Below, piece after piece: positions 14,481 through 28,850 of a DNA stretch of 64,000 nucleotides. The stretch lies in the NCBI GenBank assembly GCA_009914755.4, contig CP068257.2:33120001-33184000 (forward strand), written 5' to 3'. The notes below the pieces were generated by a model. It saw only the letters and a program-made list of their open reading frames with translations, did no database searches and had not been told where the DNA came from. The position numbers and the translations under genes are program-made. The first letter of the stretch is position 1. Every line of letters begins with the position of its first letter. This DNA is from the human T2T-CHM13v2.0 reference genome, Homo sapiens.

Positions 14481-15962
14481 CACCAGGCTGTGTTTCCCTG
14501 AGAGGGAGTGCGAGGCCAGCAGCCCAGGCCCATGTGGTGGTCCTGCAGCCGTGGCTACAATAGCAAGTTCTCAGGGTTTTCTAAGGCATTGCATCTTTTT
14601 TCCTTTTATTGGGAGAAGGGGTTGTGATTGTGTGAGCCTATTTCCCCCTTTTATTCTCATCAGTGTCTCACACTTCACTTGCAATAAGTGAATATTCCCA
14701 TTGGATGAGTTTCCCAACACTGCCATAACAAATCACCATTAACTGGGAGGCTTAAAACAACAGAAATGTATTGTCTCACAGTTCTGGAGGCCAGAAGTCC
14801 AAAACCAAGGCCTCAACAGCATTGGTCCCTTTGGCGGCTCTGAGGGAGAATACAGTCCATGTTTGTTTCCCGGCCTCTAGTGGTGGTTGGCAGCCCCCAG
14901 TGTTGCTTGGCTTAGTGACCCATCCCTCCAGTCTTTGCCTCCATCTTCACATTGACTTCTCACTGTGTCTCAAATATCCCTCTTCTTTCTCATACAAGAA
15001 CACCAGTCCCTGGATTTAAGATCCACCCTTAGTCCAGGATGATCTCACACCTAGATCCTTAACTTAATTATGAATGCAAAGACCGTAGGTCTAAATAAGG
15101 CCACATGCACAGGCATGGAGGGCAGGACTTGTACATAACTCTGGAGGACATGATTCATCCACTGCACCCCTCATCTCTGGATTTACATCCAGAAGCAGGG
15201 TACCCACTTGCCAAGGTGCAAACTAGGTGCAAGCTGGCCCACCTGACCCTTCCTCAAGGCACAAAGGACACCTTCGTGTTTCACGCTTTCGGGGACTGAG
15301 AAGCAGGAAGCACTCCCTTGCCACCCCCATCCTCCCGCCGCCTTGTTTTCCTTTTCGTTTTCCCTGCGACATCTCCTACCACATCCGGCACTGGATTCTC
15401 CTCTGTGCGTTGGTGTTGGTGTGTCAGCTTCTTTATAAACTGCAATCAGTTACTCCTGCCAGGTGAGCCTTATGAAGAGACAGCAGCAATTTGAGCAAAC
15501 GCTTGTCTAATTTGTTGATGTCATTTAGCAAGATGAAATGACTGGAACAAGGAATATGTTTCTGAATGTACATGCTCTGAATGAAGATCTCTAGATGGTT
15601 GGGAATAAGTTACCACACACCTGGAAAAAATAATCTGTGTTTTCTTTTTGCCTGTCATGAATGAATGAAGAGGCTAGAATAAGTCTCCCACATGGTCTCC
15701 TTCATCAGATCCAAATTTGGGTTTTTATTCTTTGCAGTTATTCCAAACTCTGAATACAAATGTCTTCTGTAGGTCAACAAGTATGATATGAACCACAGGT
15801 GTTATGCTTATTGGTGCACGGTAGTATGAAATTAAAACAGTTCTCTTTAGAATGCAGTATTTAAAATTGCGCAGTCTTTAAATCAAAAGTTCAAAAATCC
15901 AAGAAGAAATTGGGAGGAGACACAGAACAGAGGGAGGTTAGGAAAAATAAAATTTTTGGCAA

Positions 15963-15980
15963 CACACACACACACACACA

Positions 15981-16037
<57 letters not shown>
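15963..16037. repeat. Compound microsatellite, (CA)10 followed by (TC)27.
   Basis: The tract reads cacacacacacacacacacactctctctc...ctc. Confidence 0.95.
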
Positions 16038-16039
<2 letters not shown>

Positions 16040-17639
16040 GGCACCTGGGAATTGCAGGGGCTGACACCTGGAGCTGAGAGGTGGGCTGCCGAACTCCCCG
16101 GCAATGGTTGAATCCTTGTCTCTGATTCTACAGACACTGTGGGGCTTACCTTCTTTGCAAGGAGGCTGGTGGCCACTCATCCTGTTCCTGCTGTCACCAC
16201 CCAAATTTAAGGCCCCCACCACGGTCCCACCACTCTTCTAATTGCCTCCTCCTTGGGCCACTTCCTGCCCAACCCTCTCCCCTGAAACCAATCTTCCAAA
16301 TCACTTCTAGATTCGTCTTAAAACATCCATGTCAAGACGTCACTCCTCAAAACCTCTGAAAAACCTGCTACAGTAAAGAATCAGTATGACCCACCACATA
16401 CACAAGTATGTGCAAATATACATGCTTACATACATACATGTAGATATATATGTATATGTGTACACACACACAAACAAGCAAGATTCATGGAAGAATTCTT
16501 GTTCACTACTCCTATGTGACATTCCTTCTGCTGTTTCCTGTTCCACTCCGCGCCATTCGATTCGATTCCACTTGATTGGAATTCATGCTGCAGGTGCCCC
16601 ACTACCTTCATCTCAAAACCCCTGAATGGGTTGTACCCACACTTTGACACAGGCAAAGCTGGAAATCTGAAGCCTGGTTCTCAAAGTTCCCACCAATGTG
16701 CCCCACCTCCTACTGCTGCCCCCACCATCTCTCCAGCTTCTTTTGGAGGTGGCGCTGCCCAACTCTCAGTGGTGCCTAAAGCCCAGGGCCCTTTTCTGGC
16801 TATACCTTTTTTGAGTCCTTTCTGACCTCACCCTGCTTGTCCTTCTGGGTCAGTTCAATCCCTGCCTCCTTCCTGAAGAGTCCTTGACCGAGATTCCCCT
16901 TTCTTTTTTTCTGCCTCACGTATCAAGTATCTGATTAGGAGGCTGGACTCTGCTTTCAAAATGCTTAATTCATGAACAACCCACACACCTAGGTTTGTTT
17001 CCAGGTTCAGATCTTCAGGGGTATGCGTGGCCTGGAGAGGGCCTTCATCCACACACGCTTAAAGCTTCAGCAAGTTCCTGATGCCCAGAACAACCAACCC
17101 TTCCCGCCCTGCGGCCCCCACCCTCGGGATAATGGGAATGTTTTCGTAGCAAGTTGGAACGAGAAATCAATTTTCCTGCTGAGGTAACCAGCACTACATA
17201 GGTAGGTGGACCTGAAAAGGTGCTTTGAGAGCCATGCTTTAAACACATTTGATGATGTTGGCTTTTACGAGCTAGCCAAGCAACCTGCCCCTCTTGGAGG
17301 CATTTTTATGGGGCAAGGTATTACATTGTGTATAAGTACTAAGCCACTGGCCTACAAACAACTTTTGGGGTGCTGTCTGTCCTCTGGTTGAACGCCTCCT
17401 GTGCTGCCTGTCTCGCCACCTCTCCACATGGGTGTGTCTTATCTCCACAACTCAATGGTTTCCCACTTGCTGCAGGGCTTAGCGCGGCGCCTTATGCCGG
17501 CGATACCTCCCTAACCAGGCTGGTGACGTCTTGTCCTCCCCATCTCTGGCTGCCTAGCGTCCTCGGCTCTGTCTTCATCGTGGTTTGTCCTGGAGTCAAT
17601 GGGTCCCTGCCTGTTGCTTGGAAACCCTTAGGAATACTT

Positions 17640-17895
17640 ACCAGGAAAAGGAGAAGAAGGAAGGTGATGAGGAAAGGGAAATAGACAAGAGAAAAAAGGA
17701 AGAAGGATAGGAAAGGGGAAGAGAAAACGGGAACTAGATAAGGATAAAGGAAGAGAAATGAAGAGAGAAGAAATGAAGAAAGACACGAAAAGGAGGAGAA
17801 AAAAGGAGAACAAAAAGGGGGAAAGATGAGTATAGGAAAAATAAAAAGAGGAGAAAACAGGAGGGAAAAAGGAAAATAAAGGGGGAAAAACCCAC
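17640..17895. repeat. Polypurine (GA/GGA/GAAA-rich) low-complexity tract of about 250 bp.
   Basis: The tract reads aggaaaaggagaagaaggaaggtgatgaggaaagggaaatagacaagagaaaaaaggaagaagg... and is almost exclusively A/G on the plus strand. Confidence 0.85.
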
Positions 17896-18740
17896 ATTTC
17901 TACTACTCTGACCAGAAGCTATTTCCCAGTAGAAAAGGGCAGGGAAGCCAGACCAGGTGAAGGTGTGCGAGTGAGAACTCAGTTTCTGGATTCCCAGCCT
18001 GGACAAAAAGGGACCGAGGAGAGAGGCTGGGAAGGCATATCTGGGGGGCAGGAAGCTGCACCCAGTGAACAGAGCCCACAGCTGCAGGGAGCACTGGGCT
18101 GGGGTCCCCGTTTATAGGCCTGAGCTGAGCATCTCCCTCTGAGAGCTGTAGTAAGTTGTTGGTGGTCTGCAGGGCTGCGAATGTAAGGTAATTTTAGTCA
18201 CTTAGCTATATTTATTGCTTTCCCAAATCCAAAAGAGCCTTGATCTTTTTCCTTAGAGCTGGAGCCTCCAGAACTACAAGTCTTTGACTCTGAGACAGGA
18301 TAGAAATGACGTTTCTGACTCTGGCTGTGTGTTAGTACCACACAAAAGTCCCAGAAATCCTGGTGGCCAGACCACAGCCCAGACCATGTAAATCAGAATC
18401 TTTGGGGGCGCCACCAGGCATTTGTATCTTGTGAAGCTCTTCAGGGTATTGTGTGCAGCCAAAGTCAAGGTCTGATTCTTTAGTGGTACATAGAGAGCAG
18501 ATCCTAGGACCCTACTGGGACATCCGGGGGCCCTGCCTTTTATAGGTTGCATGGTGGGAAGCAGAGATGGGGAAAACAAATCGTGTGGGTTGATTTGAAG
18601 CCTAATGAAAAAGAAATACTGATTTGGGTCTTATATGGTGTACCAAGTATTAGTTAAGACTGTTAAAATGTTTGTGATAAAATAAAGACACGTTTGGGGA
18701 GCATTTCTAACAAGAGCCCTACTCATGTCAACACTTGTAG

Positions 18741-19027
18741 GCTGGGTACATGGCTCACACCTATAATCCCAGCACTTTGGGAGGCAGAGATAAGATGAGG
18801 ATCGCTTGAGCGCAGGGATTCAAGAGCAGCCTTGAAAACATAGCAAGACCCCCTGTCTTTACAAAAAATAAAAATTAGCCAGGTGTGGTAGTGCCTATAG
18901 TCCCAGCTACTCAGGAGGCTGAGGCTGAAAGATTGCTTGAGCCCAGGAGTTCAAGGCTACAGTGAGCCATGATCGTGCCCCTGCATTCCAGACTGGGTGA
19001 CAGAATGAGACCCTGTCTCTAAAAAAC
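18741..19027 (+). mobile_element. Full-length Alu (older AluJ-like).
   Basis: It runs ggctgggtacatggctcacacctataatcccagcactttgggaggcagagataagatgaggatcgcttgagcgcagggattcaagagcagccttg... Confidence 0.9.
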
Positions 19028-20159
19028 CACTTGTGGATCCATGATTGTCTTCAGCCTTCATCCTGCTGCTTCCCATAAGCTGTGGGCAGTTCCCAACACT
19101 GCACAAGGATTTGGTGTTGATGGAACCAAGGATGATAATTCTGTCAACAGGCAGCACCCACGAAGGGAGAAGTCCCAACGAGGTTCAAAGCTGGATTGGC
19201 ACCTACCAAGTGACTCAATAGCATGATGCCTCCACTGCCTTCCTGTCCTCCCGTGTTCAGGGGTCATACTGTCTCCTGGCTTCTCTGTTCTGTGTGGTTA
19301 TTGGGAGATAAAATGATGAAAGTAATTTTCCAGAGAATGATGCTGTGAGCACACAGGTGTTTGCTGAATGAATGAATGAACAAATGTGTGAATGTAACTT
19401 GTGTTAGCGTTACCCTACACTGTCGTCTCTGCCCAGAGGTGACAACAGCAAAATAATTCAGTCCACAGGCTGTTCTTTTTTTTAGTGTAATTGTCAAAAA
19501 AAAGTCCAGCTAAAAAAATTCTATTTTGCTTGTATAAATAAACAGAAACCTTATACCCCTGAGCCAAGTGGAAAATTTTCTCAGTAAAAATTTGTAGGGA
19601 CAGAGAGTTTTTAAATTTATAAAGGAATTTAATAATTTTTCCAAAATTACTGAGAATTTCAAATGCCTCACCACAAAAAAATGATGAGTAAGTGAGGTGG
19701 TAGATATGTTAATTCTCTTGATTTAATCATTCCTCATTGTATACATATATCAAAACATTGCACTAGACTCCATAAATATATATTATTTTTGTCAATTACA
19801 AGTAATAATTAGAAAAAACGATAATTTCTTATGTACCCACCTGTGATATAACTATAAAGTCATTAATTTGGATTCTATTAATTTGGCATTTGCAGTAACA
19901 TATGCCTGTCCAACCAATTCTTCTCGGAAAAAAATGTTCACAGTAATTCTTTCCCTGATGGAGAGAATACTGAGTCCAAAGTTTAGAAGCTTAGGGTCCA
20001 ATCCCAGACAATTAATTAGCTACATGAGGTTGGAAAAGTCACAGCCTCTGTGAATCTCTTCTGTAAAACTCCAGTTTGTGAAGAGCATAAAGTTAATAAA
20101 AGGACTCCGTGAACTGTGAAGTGCTTTGTAATGTATTTAGAGTCTTTCATATAACCTAA

Positions 20160-20634
<475 letters not shown>

Positions 20635-20699
20635 AGGGACGGTGTTTTTAAAAATGTGTCTAATTATCAAAATTACCAAGAAGATATACACACTCACAG

Positions 20700-21040
20700 G
20701 TCTGTGTGTGTATGTCTAGGTGTGTATATATGCTGGTATGCATGTACACATCTATATGTGTATATACGTGTATGTATGTAAAGATATACAACATGGATAT
20801 ATAATATATACAATACACATATATTATACATGAGCATATTGCACATATTATACATGAGTGTATAATATATACAATACACATGTATATTATACATGACAAT
20901 AATGTATACATTATAGATATACATTATTACATTGTGCATATATTATGCATGAGTATATATGTATATATGCATGCATATATAATTATGTATATTATATGTA
21001 TATGCGTATGTGTGTATATCTATGTATCCCTACCTCCTGA
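20700..21040. repeat. TA/TG-rich low-complexity region (ATGTATATAC/ATACAT-type).
   Basis: The tract reads gtgtgtgtatgtctaggtgtgtatatatgctggtatgcatgtacacatctatatgtgtatatacg... Confidence 0.8.
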
Positions 21041-21523
21041 TTCACTAGATTGTGGATGGGGCTCAGGAATCTGGGTCTTTAAAGTTCCACATGTGATTCT
21101 GATTACCAGCAGTTTAGGGGACCACCCTCCTCACTTTTTACTCCTGAAGAAACAGGCTCAGAGAGCTAGTGGCATGGCTAGGGTCAGCAGCCGGTTAGAG
21201 GAGAAGCTGGAAATGGAGCCCAGCCCTCCCAATCCTGGCTCAGAGCAGGTTATCATAAACCATGCTGCCCATTGTCCACACTAACCTACTCAGAACTGAG
21301 CTCTAAAATTCTTGTTTGGCAGCTAGTTAGCTAGTCAGACTAGATTCCTCTATCATTGTCCCACGTAACCCCTTAAGGGATCAGGCAGAGCAACTGCTGC
21401 CTGCAGAGGGCCGTGAGTCCTGCCAAGGTGGCCTCTGGAGCCCTGATGCATCACCTGTAGGCAGCATCCAAGTGCCCAGACCTCTGGGGCCTGCTCCGGG
21501 CTTCCTGGAGGCAGATGGGCATC

Positions 21524-21697
21524 ATCGTAGCAGGTGTCTTTCTCCTTGGTGTATGAGCTTTCCACGGAGTTGTTATGTCTAAATCAGATTCCAACATTCA
21601 AGAGCCTGTCTTTGGGAAGGCAATGGAAGGTCTTAAGCAGAGGAATAATAACCAAATATACCTGACCCAGGTTGTCTGGTCCATCCTCAAGTGGGAA
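21524..21697. repeat. Copy 1 of a ~175-bp dispersed direct duplication (copy 2 at 22641-22808).
   Basis: gtagcaggtgtctttctccttggtgtatgagctttccacggagttgttatgtctaaatcagattccaacattcaag...gaaggcaatggaaggtcttaagcagaggaataataaccaaatatacctgacccaggttgtc is about 88% identical to the second copy. Confidence 0.8.
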
Positions 21698-22066
21698 ACC
21701 AAAATGGAGGCAGGGAGATCTGGGGTGGGGGGCGAGGGGGCTGTCTCAATGTCCTGGCAATACCCTGCTTCAATATCCTCTGTCGAGGGCAAGGATCTTC
21801 TTACGGTAGGCTGTGGGCCCAATCTGGCCGGCTGCTGGGTTTTGTCTGGCCCATTAAGTAGGAATGGTGAACACTCTCGATTGATTTGATGAGAGAATAC
21901 TACCTCTGAGCCCCAATGAAGTGAGATTTTATCCCCTCTAAAAAAAGAATTCATTTTTTTCTCATTAGTTGAACTGTATTTTTTAATATCCTTGATTTTT
22001 AATAATATTGTCATATTTTAATTTTCATTAATAAAAAAGTATGGAAATGTGCTTTCACTCTTTTTA

Positions 22067-22417
<351 letters not shown>

Positions 22418-22640
22418 CTACAACACCTGAAGTATGCACTATCTGGCTCTTCACCAAAAAGGGCTACTGAGCTCTCCCTGGTCTAGGTGTTGGTGGAGAA
22501 AATGGATGGGTTCGGATGTATTTTGGAGTGAGAGCCAGTAGGACTTTAATTTTAATGCTGGCAGAACATAGACTATGCTGCAGGGTGGGACAGAGTCACT
22601 TGATCCCTAAGACAAGTCTAAGACTATGAGGGGCCATGGT

Positions 22641-22808
22641 CCACCACCGTCATAGCAGGTGTCTTTCTTCTTGGTGTATGAGCTTTCCAAGGAAGTGTTA
22701 TGTCTAAATCAGATTCCAACATTCAAGGGCCCAACTGTATATGCGAAGGCAATGGAAGGTCTTATGCAGAGGAATAACAACCAAATATACCTGACCCAGG
22801 TTGTCCGG
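22641..22808. repeat. Copy 2 of the ~175-bp dispersed direct duplication.
   Basis: See copy 1. The two copies are separated by 1.1 kb containing the Alu at 22081-22382. Confidence 0.8.
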
Positions 22809-23499
22809 TGCCAGGTGGAGGATGGACCACCTGGGAACCAGAATGGTGGTGATGAGGCCCCCAACATGGCCTAGAGCAGCCCTCCCCATGGTCCCCTCTG
22901 GGTTGAGTCTCGGGCTCCTCCCATGCCCCAGCTGAGCCCATAGGTCTCCTGTGTACCAGCAGCCTGTTGACCAGAATAAGCAGTGCCTGGCACAGGCCCT
23001 GGAGGCTTCATGTTATAGCCCATAAACAACGCCGTATTTATTGACGGATGACTATCATTGTCAAGTTTCCAGCCACCACCCCACCTTCCATAGGACCAGC
23101 AGGCTGGCTCCTGGCTGGCACCAAGAGTGAGCGGCTTGGGCATTTAATCAGGTTCAGGTAACAGGTAAGGACTGGTTCCCCAGCTAGGGAAAAACACAGT
23201 GAATATTTTGGATTGAGCCATGTGTGCCGCATCTTGCTGGAGCTTGCAGGCCCCTTGGAGGCTCTCAGACGGCTCTTAATTAATTGCTGGAGCCAAGTGG
23301 GGCAATCTTGTGAGCGCTGTTGCTTTTGCTCATCTGATCCAGCCATGCTCAGGGGAGGGTGAGGAGCTGGCCTTGGATTTAGGGGATGAATGGGGTGGGC
23401 TGGGATATGGGAGGAGCTCAGTGGCCTGGCCAAGATGGTTGGGACAAAGCTTGGAATAGCCAACCTGTTTGTCAAGCAAATGGACAGGCCCTTTCTTCC

Positions 23500-23700
23500 A
23501 GGCAGAGAAAGACCTTGCTTCAGCTCCCTGGCTTGGGGAGGAGAGACCCAGATTCGAATCCTAGCTCTACTACTAACTAACTCTGGGACCATGGGGCAAT
23601 TAGCTGCTTTAAGCTTCACTGTCTCATCTGTAAAATGCATGCAGTGATACTACCTCGAAGGATTGTGGTGGGAATCAAATGAGATGAGGGTAATGCCATG
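23500..23700 (+). mobile_element. MIR element.
   Basis: gagacccagattcgaatcctagctctactactaactaactctgggaccatggggcaattagctgctttaagcttcactgtctcatctgtaaaatgcatgcagtgatactacctcgaaggattgtggtgggaatcaaatgagatgagggtaatgc. Confidence 0.75.
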
Positions 23701-26700
23701 CACCATAGTCCCTGCAAGGCCACTGGGTCCCTGTAAGGCCACTGATCAGTGGGGCATGCCAACACTAGAGGCAGTGCTAACCCTAGGAGGCGGGGACAGC
23801 AGAAGAGATCTCAGGTGGGCCCATGTCCCTAAGGGGAGAACGAGCCCTGGGCACCAGGGACATCATGCAGTGAAGATGCTGGAGGTGGGAATGGGGTTGC
23901 AAGTGCCAGGGACCATCTCCTTAACTCCTCTGCACTCATGCATGCAGCTCCTGCAAGGCTTGGCAGAGCTCGGGCTGAAGAGGAAAGGCTCCTGCCTACC
24001 CAGCCATAGGTCCCCAGTGGATGCAAAGGGAACTTTTCCTTGGTCCTGGTCCTCAGTGGAACCCGTTTTGTTTCGATTGTCCCTGACCTGGCCTGTGCTC
24101 TCGCTGCACCATCCTGTGGAACACAGACACCTGGAGAGTCAGAGCTGGCTGGATCTTTGGAAGGGCACAGTCACAGCTGCACCCGCCACTCCTTCCCATC
24201 CCAGGCTCGATACTTCAGTAATCCTTGCTGCCTGAGCTTCCCTTATGGGTCCCAGGTCACACCTTCTTTCCTCCTATTCTGTTTGCTGAGATACCTTCTC
24301 TTCAAATCCTTCTCCTATAGAGAGGTTTCCATGAGCCGTGGGATGGGATGGGTGTGGCCCTCTTCTGGGATCCAGAGCTCCATGGAGAGCCCTCTGACTT
24401 GGTTCCTGACTCCTTCTGCAGACCTTGTCTCCATCTTGCTTCCCTCCTCCATCAGTCCTCTAGGCCTTGAGGACAGGCACTGAGTCTTACTGCAGTGTTG
24501 AGGCTCCAAGATGGCAGTGATCTCCCAATAAATATTTGCTAACCTCAGCTGATTTCTTTACTTTATGATGTAAGAATTGAAGCTACAAGAGGGTCTGTGA
24601 CCTGCCTAAAGTCATATGCAAATTAACCAGATCTTGGCTCCAGTAGTCTACTTTGACTCGAGTGCTGTTTCCCTTAAATCATGCAGCTTGTCAGGTCAGG
24701 TCAAGCATAGCCTGGATCTCACCACATTCTTACGGGATTGAAGGATGTAATATTAATGACTCAGTAGGCTTGGAATCAGCCAATCAGCAAGTGCTCCTTG
24801 AACCCCTTGATATGGAAGGTACAGGTAGAGAAGGTAGTAATTTTTCACAAGTCTCAAACTCAGCTATGTAGAAATATAGATTTGGTTTTCTTCCCTTATT
24901 TTTAATAGATTATACAATCATATTACATAAAAGCAAAACCAATACAAAAAAGCTACAACTTTTTACGTCTTATTTATATTTTCTTAGATTTTATGAATCT
25001 TTGAAAAATATAACCAAAGTGAATATATGTTCTTAATTTTCCCTTTTTGCATAAAGCCTATTGCATACACCATTTTGCACCTTGATTTCTTTGTTTCCTT
25101 TCCATACTTTTATGTAGAGAGCTTCTTTACTGTTTTATAGCTGTAGAATATTCCATTATTGATTTAACCTGCCTCCTATTGGGGGACAATTGGTTGTTTT
25201 CAATCTTTCCTTATTATAAACAAAACTGCAGTGAATAACCACAGCCGATAGGAAGGCTGATAGGAAAAATTTCCAGAAAAGCAATCACTAAGGTAGAGGG
25301 CAAATGCTTTTGTAAGTTTTATAGATGTTTTCAAATTTCCCTCTGCAAGGCTGTGATAATTTAGGCCTGCATTGGCCCTGGTGAGAGTCAGCCTACCAGC
25401 CACAGCCCCACCAGCCACAGCCCCACCAGCAGTGTCAACTCAGTTTCCATTCAGAGTCCTCCTTCCACCTAGTGGTAGAAACAATCTTAATGAATTTAGG
25501 GTAAATGCATTCATATACACTGGATTTTTCTTGGATAGTTTAGGACTTAGCTCAGTGAGCTCAGGAGTTTCTGTCTTTCCTTTCTTCCCAGAAAAGCAGC
25601 TGCCTAAACCACAGCATCTGGTGTCAACATTCTCTGCCCTCTTTGGCTTTGGCCAAGATGCCTGTGGTCCCAACATGGCAGTCAGCACATGGCTGTCTGT
25701 GTTTTACTCTTCTCCTTCCTCCTCCTCCTCCTTCTTTTTCTTCATCTTTTGGATCGCAGGTACACAGAATTGGATTAATCATAAACTTTGGGTCATGCCA
25801 AACTCTCACCATGGCCCACTTCTATTTAGTTAATTATTTATAATAATGATTAAAATAATTAGTTATGTTATGAGATGCCTGTTGTTAAAGATGAACAAAG
25901 CCAGATACTAGCTAAAGTGGCGAGGACAGATTTTAATCAGGAATAACTATTGCAATGGGGAGAAGAGTTCAATGTGACTTGAACTTGGATTTGTACAGAG
26001 GTAACTGCACATTTTAAAGGGAGAATGAGGGAGCAGGCAGGGGCAAGTGGGGGCTCAGCAGAATCAGGAAAGTGAAAAATTACACAGAGTTCACCAGCAA
26101 AAATGTGACTAGGCCAGCTGTGTCTGCTGGCTGACAATTATCAAAGTTAGGATTCTCTCCTCCCATGGAGACTGGGAGGCAGAAGCCCTGTCCTCAGGTT
26201 TTGGCTGGAACAAACAGTAGATTTTTTTTGCTAGCCTTGAGTTTTCTCATGCAGGCACTTTGAGGAGGGTAGGGCCATCCTAGGGATGTGGCCTTGGGCT
26301 GTTAGAAAAGACATTAGCGTTTGCTCAAGTCTTTATTGCAAGGCTGAGGCCTAGTGGAGAGGAGGGCCCTGAGAAGGCTGGCTAAAGTTCCATCAGAGAG
26401 AGTCTTTGTCATGGAGACCCTACTGAGGTCTCCAGTCATCAGCCCCCACCTCTGATTCCTTCCTATCCTGACCGTGAGGTCCCAGGCACACCCCTCTCAG
26501 GGAGAGAGGACAAGTTCTGGTGCTCTCTGAGGCTCTCTGGTACTATCTTGGCCATCTCTTCTTAGCCCTGCTGCCTTTTCTACTCAACTGCTTTTGGGGG
26601 TGGGAGGTAGGGGAGCAATTCTTTGAGGGCCCAGGCTGGGGAAGGAGTGATAGGAATTGGTGTGCTGGCAAATGTCTCCCAATTGGCTCTGATAGCAAGG

Positions 26701-27064
26701 GGAGAGGTGTGCAGAAAGGCCTGAATCTATAGCACTTGCTGATTTCAGGGACATGAAAACTCCCATTAAGGTCAATTTCAGGCTACCAGCCTCAAGCAGT
26801 TCACAAAATTCCTGAAAATTTAACAATTGGCTGCCAGCATGGGCCAGCTCCAAGCTTACCTGTGGGGAAAAACTTGTCTAGTCTCCAGGGAAAGGGTCAC
26901 GGTCATCTAGTTCTTGTGTGTGCTCTTTTCTACCAAGTGTCCTTGACCAGGGCTTGATATTCTTTGGGAGTTCAAAAACCTCCTCTTGCAAATTAAAAAC
27001 CTTGACCCTGATGTGACACCCAGAGGCCTGACTTGGAACACCAAAGGCATAACTTTTACTCTGA

Positions 27065-27084
27065 TCTCTCTCTCTCTCTCTCTT
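27065..27084. repeat. (CT)10 microsatellite.
   Basis: ctctctctctctctctctct. Confidence 0.9.
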
Positions 27085-27085
27085 T

Positions 27086-27435
<350 letters not shown>

Positions 27436-28544
27436 TGATCTCTGTATTCTTTGTAGCCCCTCTCAGTGGTTAGCATATACCACTGTAGCAATAAAGGAAG
27501 AGAGTTGTGGGGAGAATAAGGAAGTGTAGGGAAGAGAGTACCTCCACTCGAAAAGGAATTTTAATCTGCTTTGCTTCTGTTGTTTATGGGTGGCATATCA
27601 CTGATGCCCCATAAAGATTTGTAGAATTAATATGTATCTAAAAATCTTATCTTGCTACTCAAAGAAGTGGAAGCCATAGCTCTTGCCCTCATGGAGCTTA
27701 CAGTTGGTATACGATATAGAATGAATGATGTAATAAAAGGCAAGTGCCAAATTATGGCCCAGACAGTGAGTCTTGGTGATTGTCTGAAGGATGCAGAGGC
27801 TGCCATGGGCCAGCAGTGCTTTGTGGAGAAGATGGGAATTGTACTAAGCCTTGAAGGTTGCTGCTTCTGGAATAAGCTCAAGGACAACTAATTGAAAACA
27901 CATAATTCAGCTTTGACAGCATGTCATGGGTGTCTCACAGAAAGCCAACATAATTCTTCCTGCTTGGTCAAGAGACATATGTACAGTGTCACCAAGAAGC
28001 AAGCTTGATGGGTGAACTCCTAAGACGTTAGCTCCCCCAAGCGATTTATGGCCCAAGTTTGAGAACAGCCACATTGAATCATCAATCAGTGAGTAGTGAT
28101 GTGAGACCTGCAAGGTGTGTGAGGCTAACAGTCCCTATTCTCTAAGAGCTACCAGTCTGATCAGGAAGATCCTGACAGGCTCAGTGGACATATACATGAG
28201 CAACCCCAGAGAAATTCAGCTTGTCTGTTGTCTATCTCTGCATGGATCAGAGACTTACTTAGGGAAAGAAAATATGTGGGGAGATTATGATGAAGACCTC
28301 CCAAAATGTCCCGCATGGACATCCTAGCATCATATGGCCAGAACTCAGTCCACCACCTTCCGCCTCACAGATGCTCGAACTTTTGTGTTCTTCATCTCAG
28401 GACCTGATGACATCATCTACCTGCAAGTTGGAAATTTAGCAGTAGCCCTAGCTCACTGCATGGAATGTAATAGGCACTCAATCCATATTTCTTTTCACTC
28501 ACTTATTCATTTACTCATTCATTAATGTATTCACTAAACAAAGA

Positions 28545-28700
28545 ACCTACTCTGTAGGGAGGTGGTATAGAATATGGGCCAAGAACATGCGTTCTGGAGA
28601 GAGATTACTTCAGTTGGAGTCATGGCTCTGCCACTTACTAGCTGTGCAATTATGAACAAGCTACTTTTCTAAGGCTCGGCTGCTCTATGTGTAATATGAA
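28545..28700 (+). mobile_element. MIR element.
   Basis: gagattacttcagttggagtcatggctctgccacttactagctgtgcaattatgaacaagctacttttctaaggctcggctgctctatgtgtaatatgaaaataataat. Confidence 0.7.
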
Positions 28701-28727
28701 AATAATAATATATCTCTTGGCCAGGTG

Positions 28728-28850
28728 TGATTGCTCACATCTTCAATCACTGCATTTTGGGAGGCTGAGGTAGGCAGCTCTCTTGAGCCCAGGAGTTTGA
28801 GACCAGCTTGGGCAACATAGTGAGACCCTGTCTCTAAAAAGAATATATGT
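28728..28850 (+). mobile_element. Alu monomer-length fragment (FLAM/FRAM-like).
   Basis: ggccaggtgtgattgctcacatcttcaatcactgcattttgggaggctgaggtaggcagctctcttgagcccaggagtttgagaccagcttgggcaacatagtgagaccctgtctctaaaaa. Confidence 0.8.

Noticed and set aside
23038-24235. 200-aa minus-strand ORF (23038..23640) and 190-aa plus-strand ORF (23663..24235).
   Set aside because: They have no similarity to any protein family I recognise, and they overlap a MIR element (23500-23700). No splice-site or codon-bias support is present. Open frames of this length occur by chance in moderately GC-rich human non-coding DNA.
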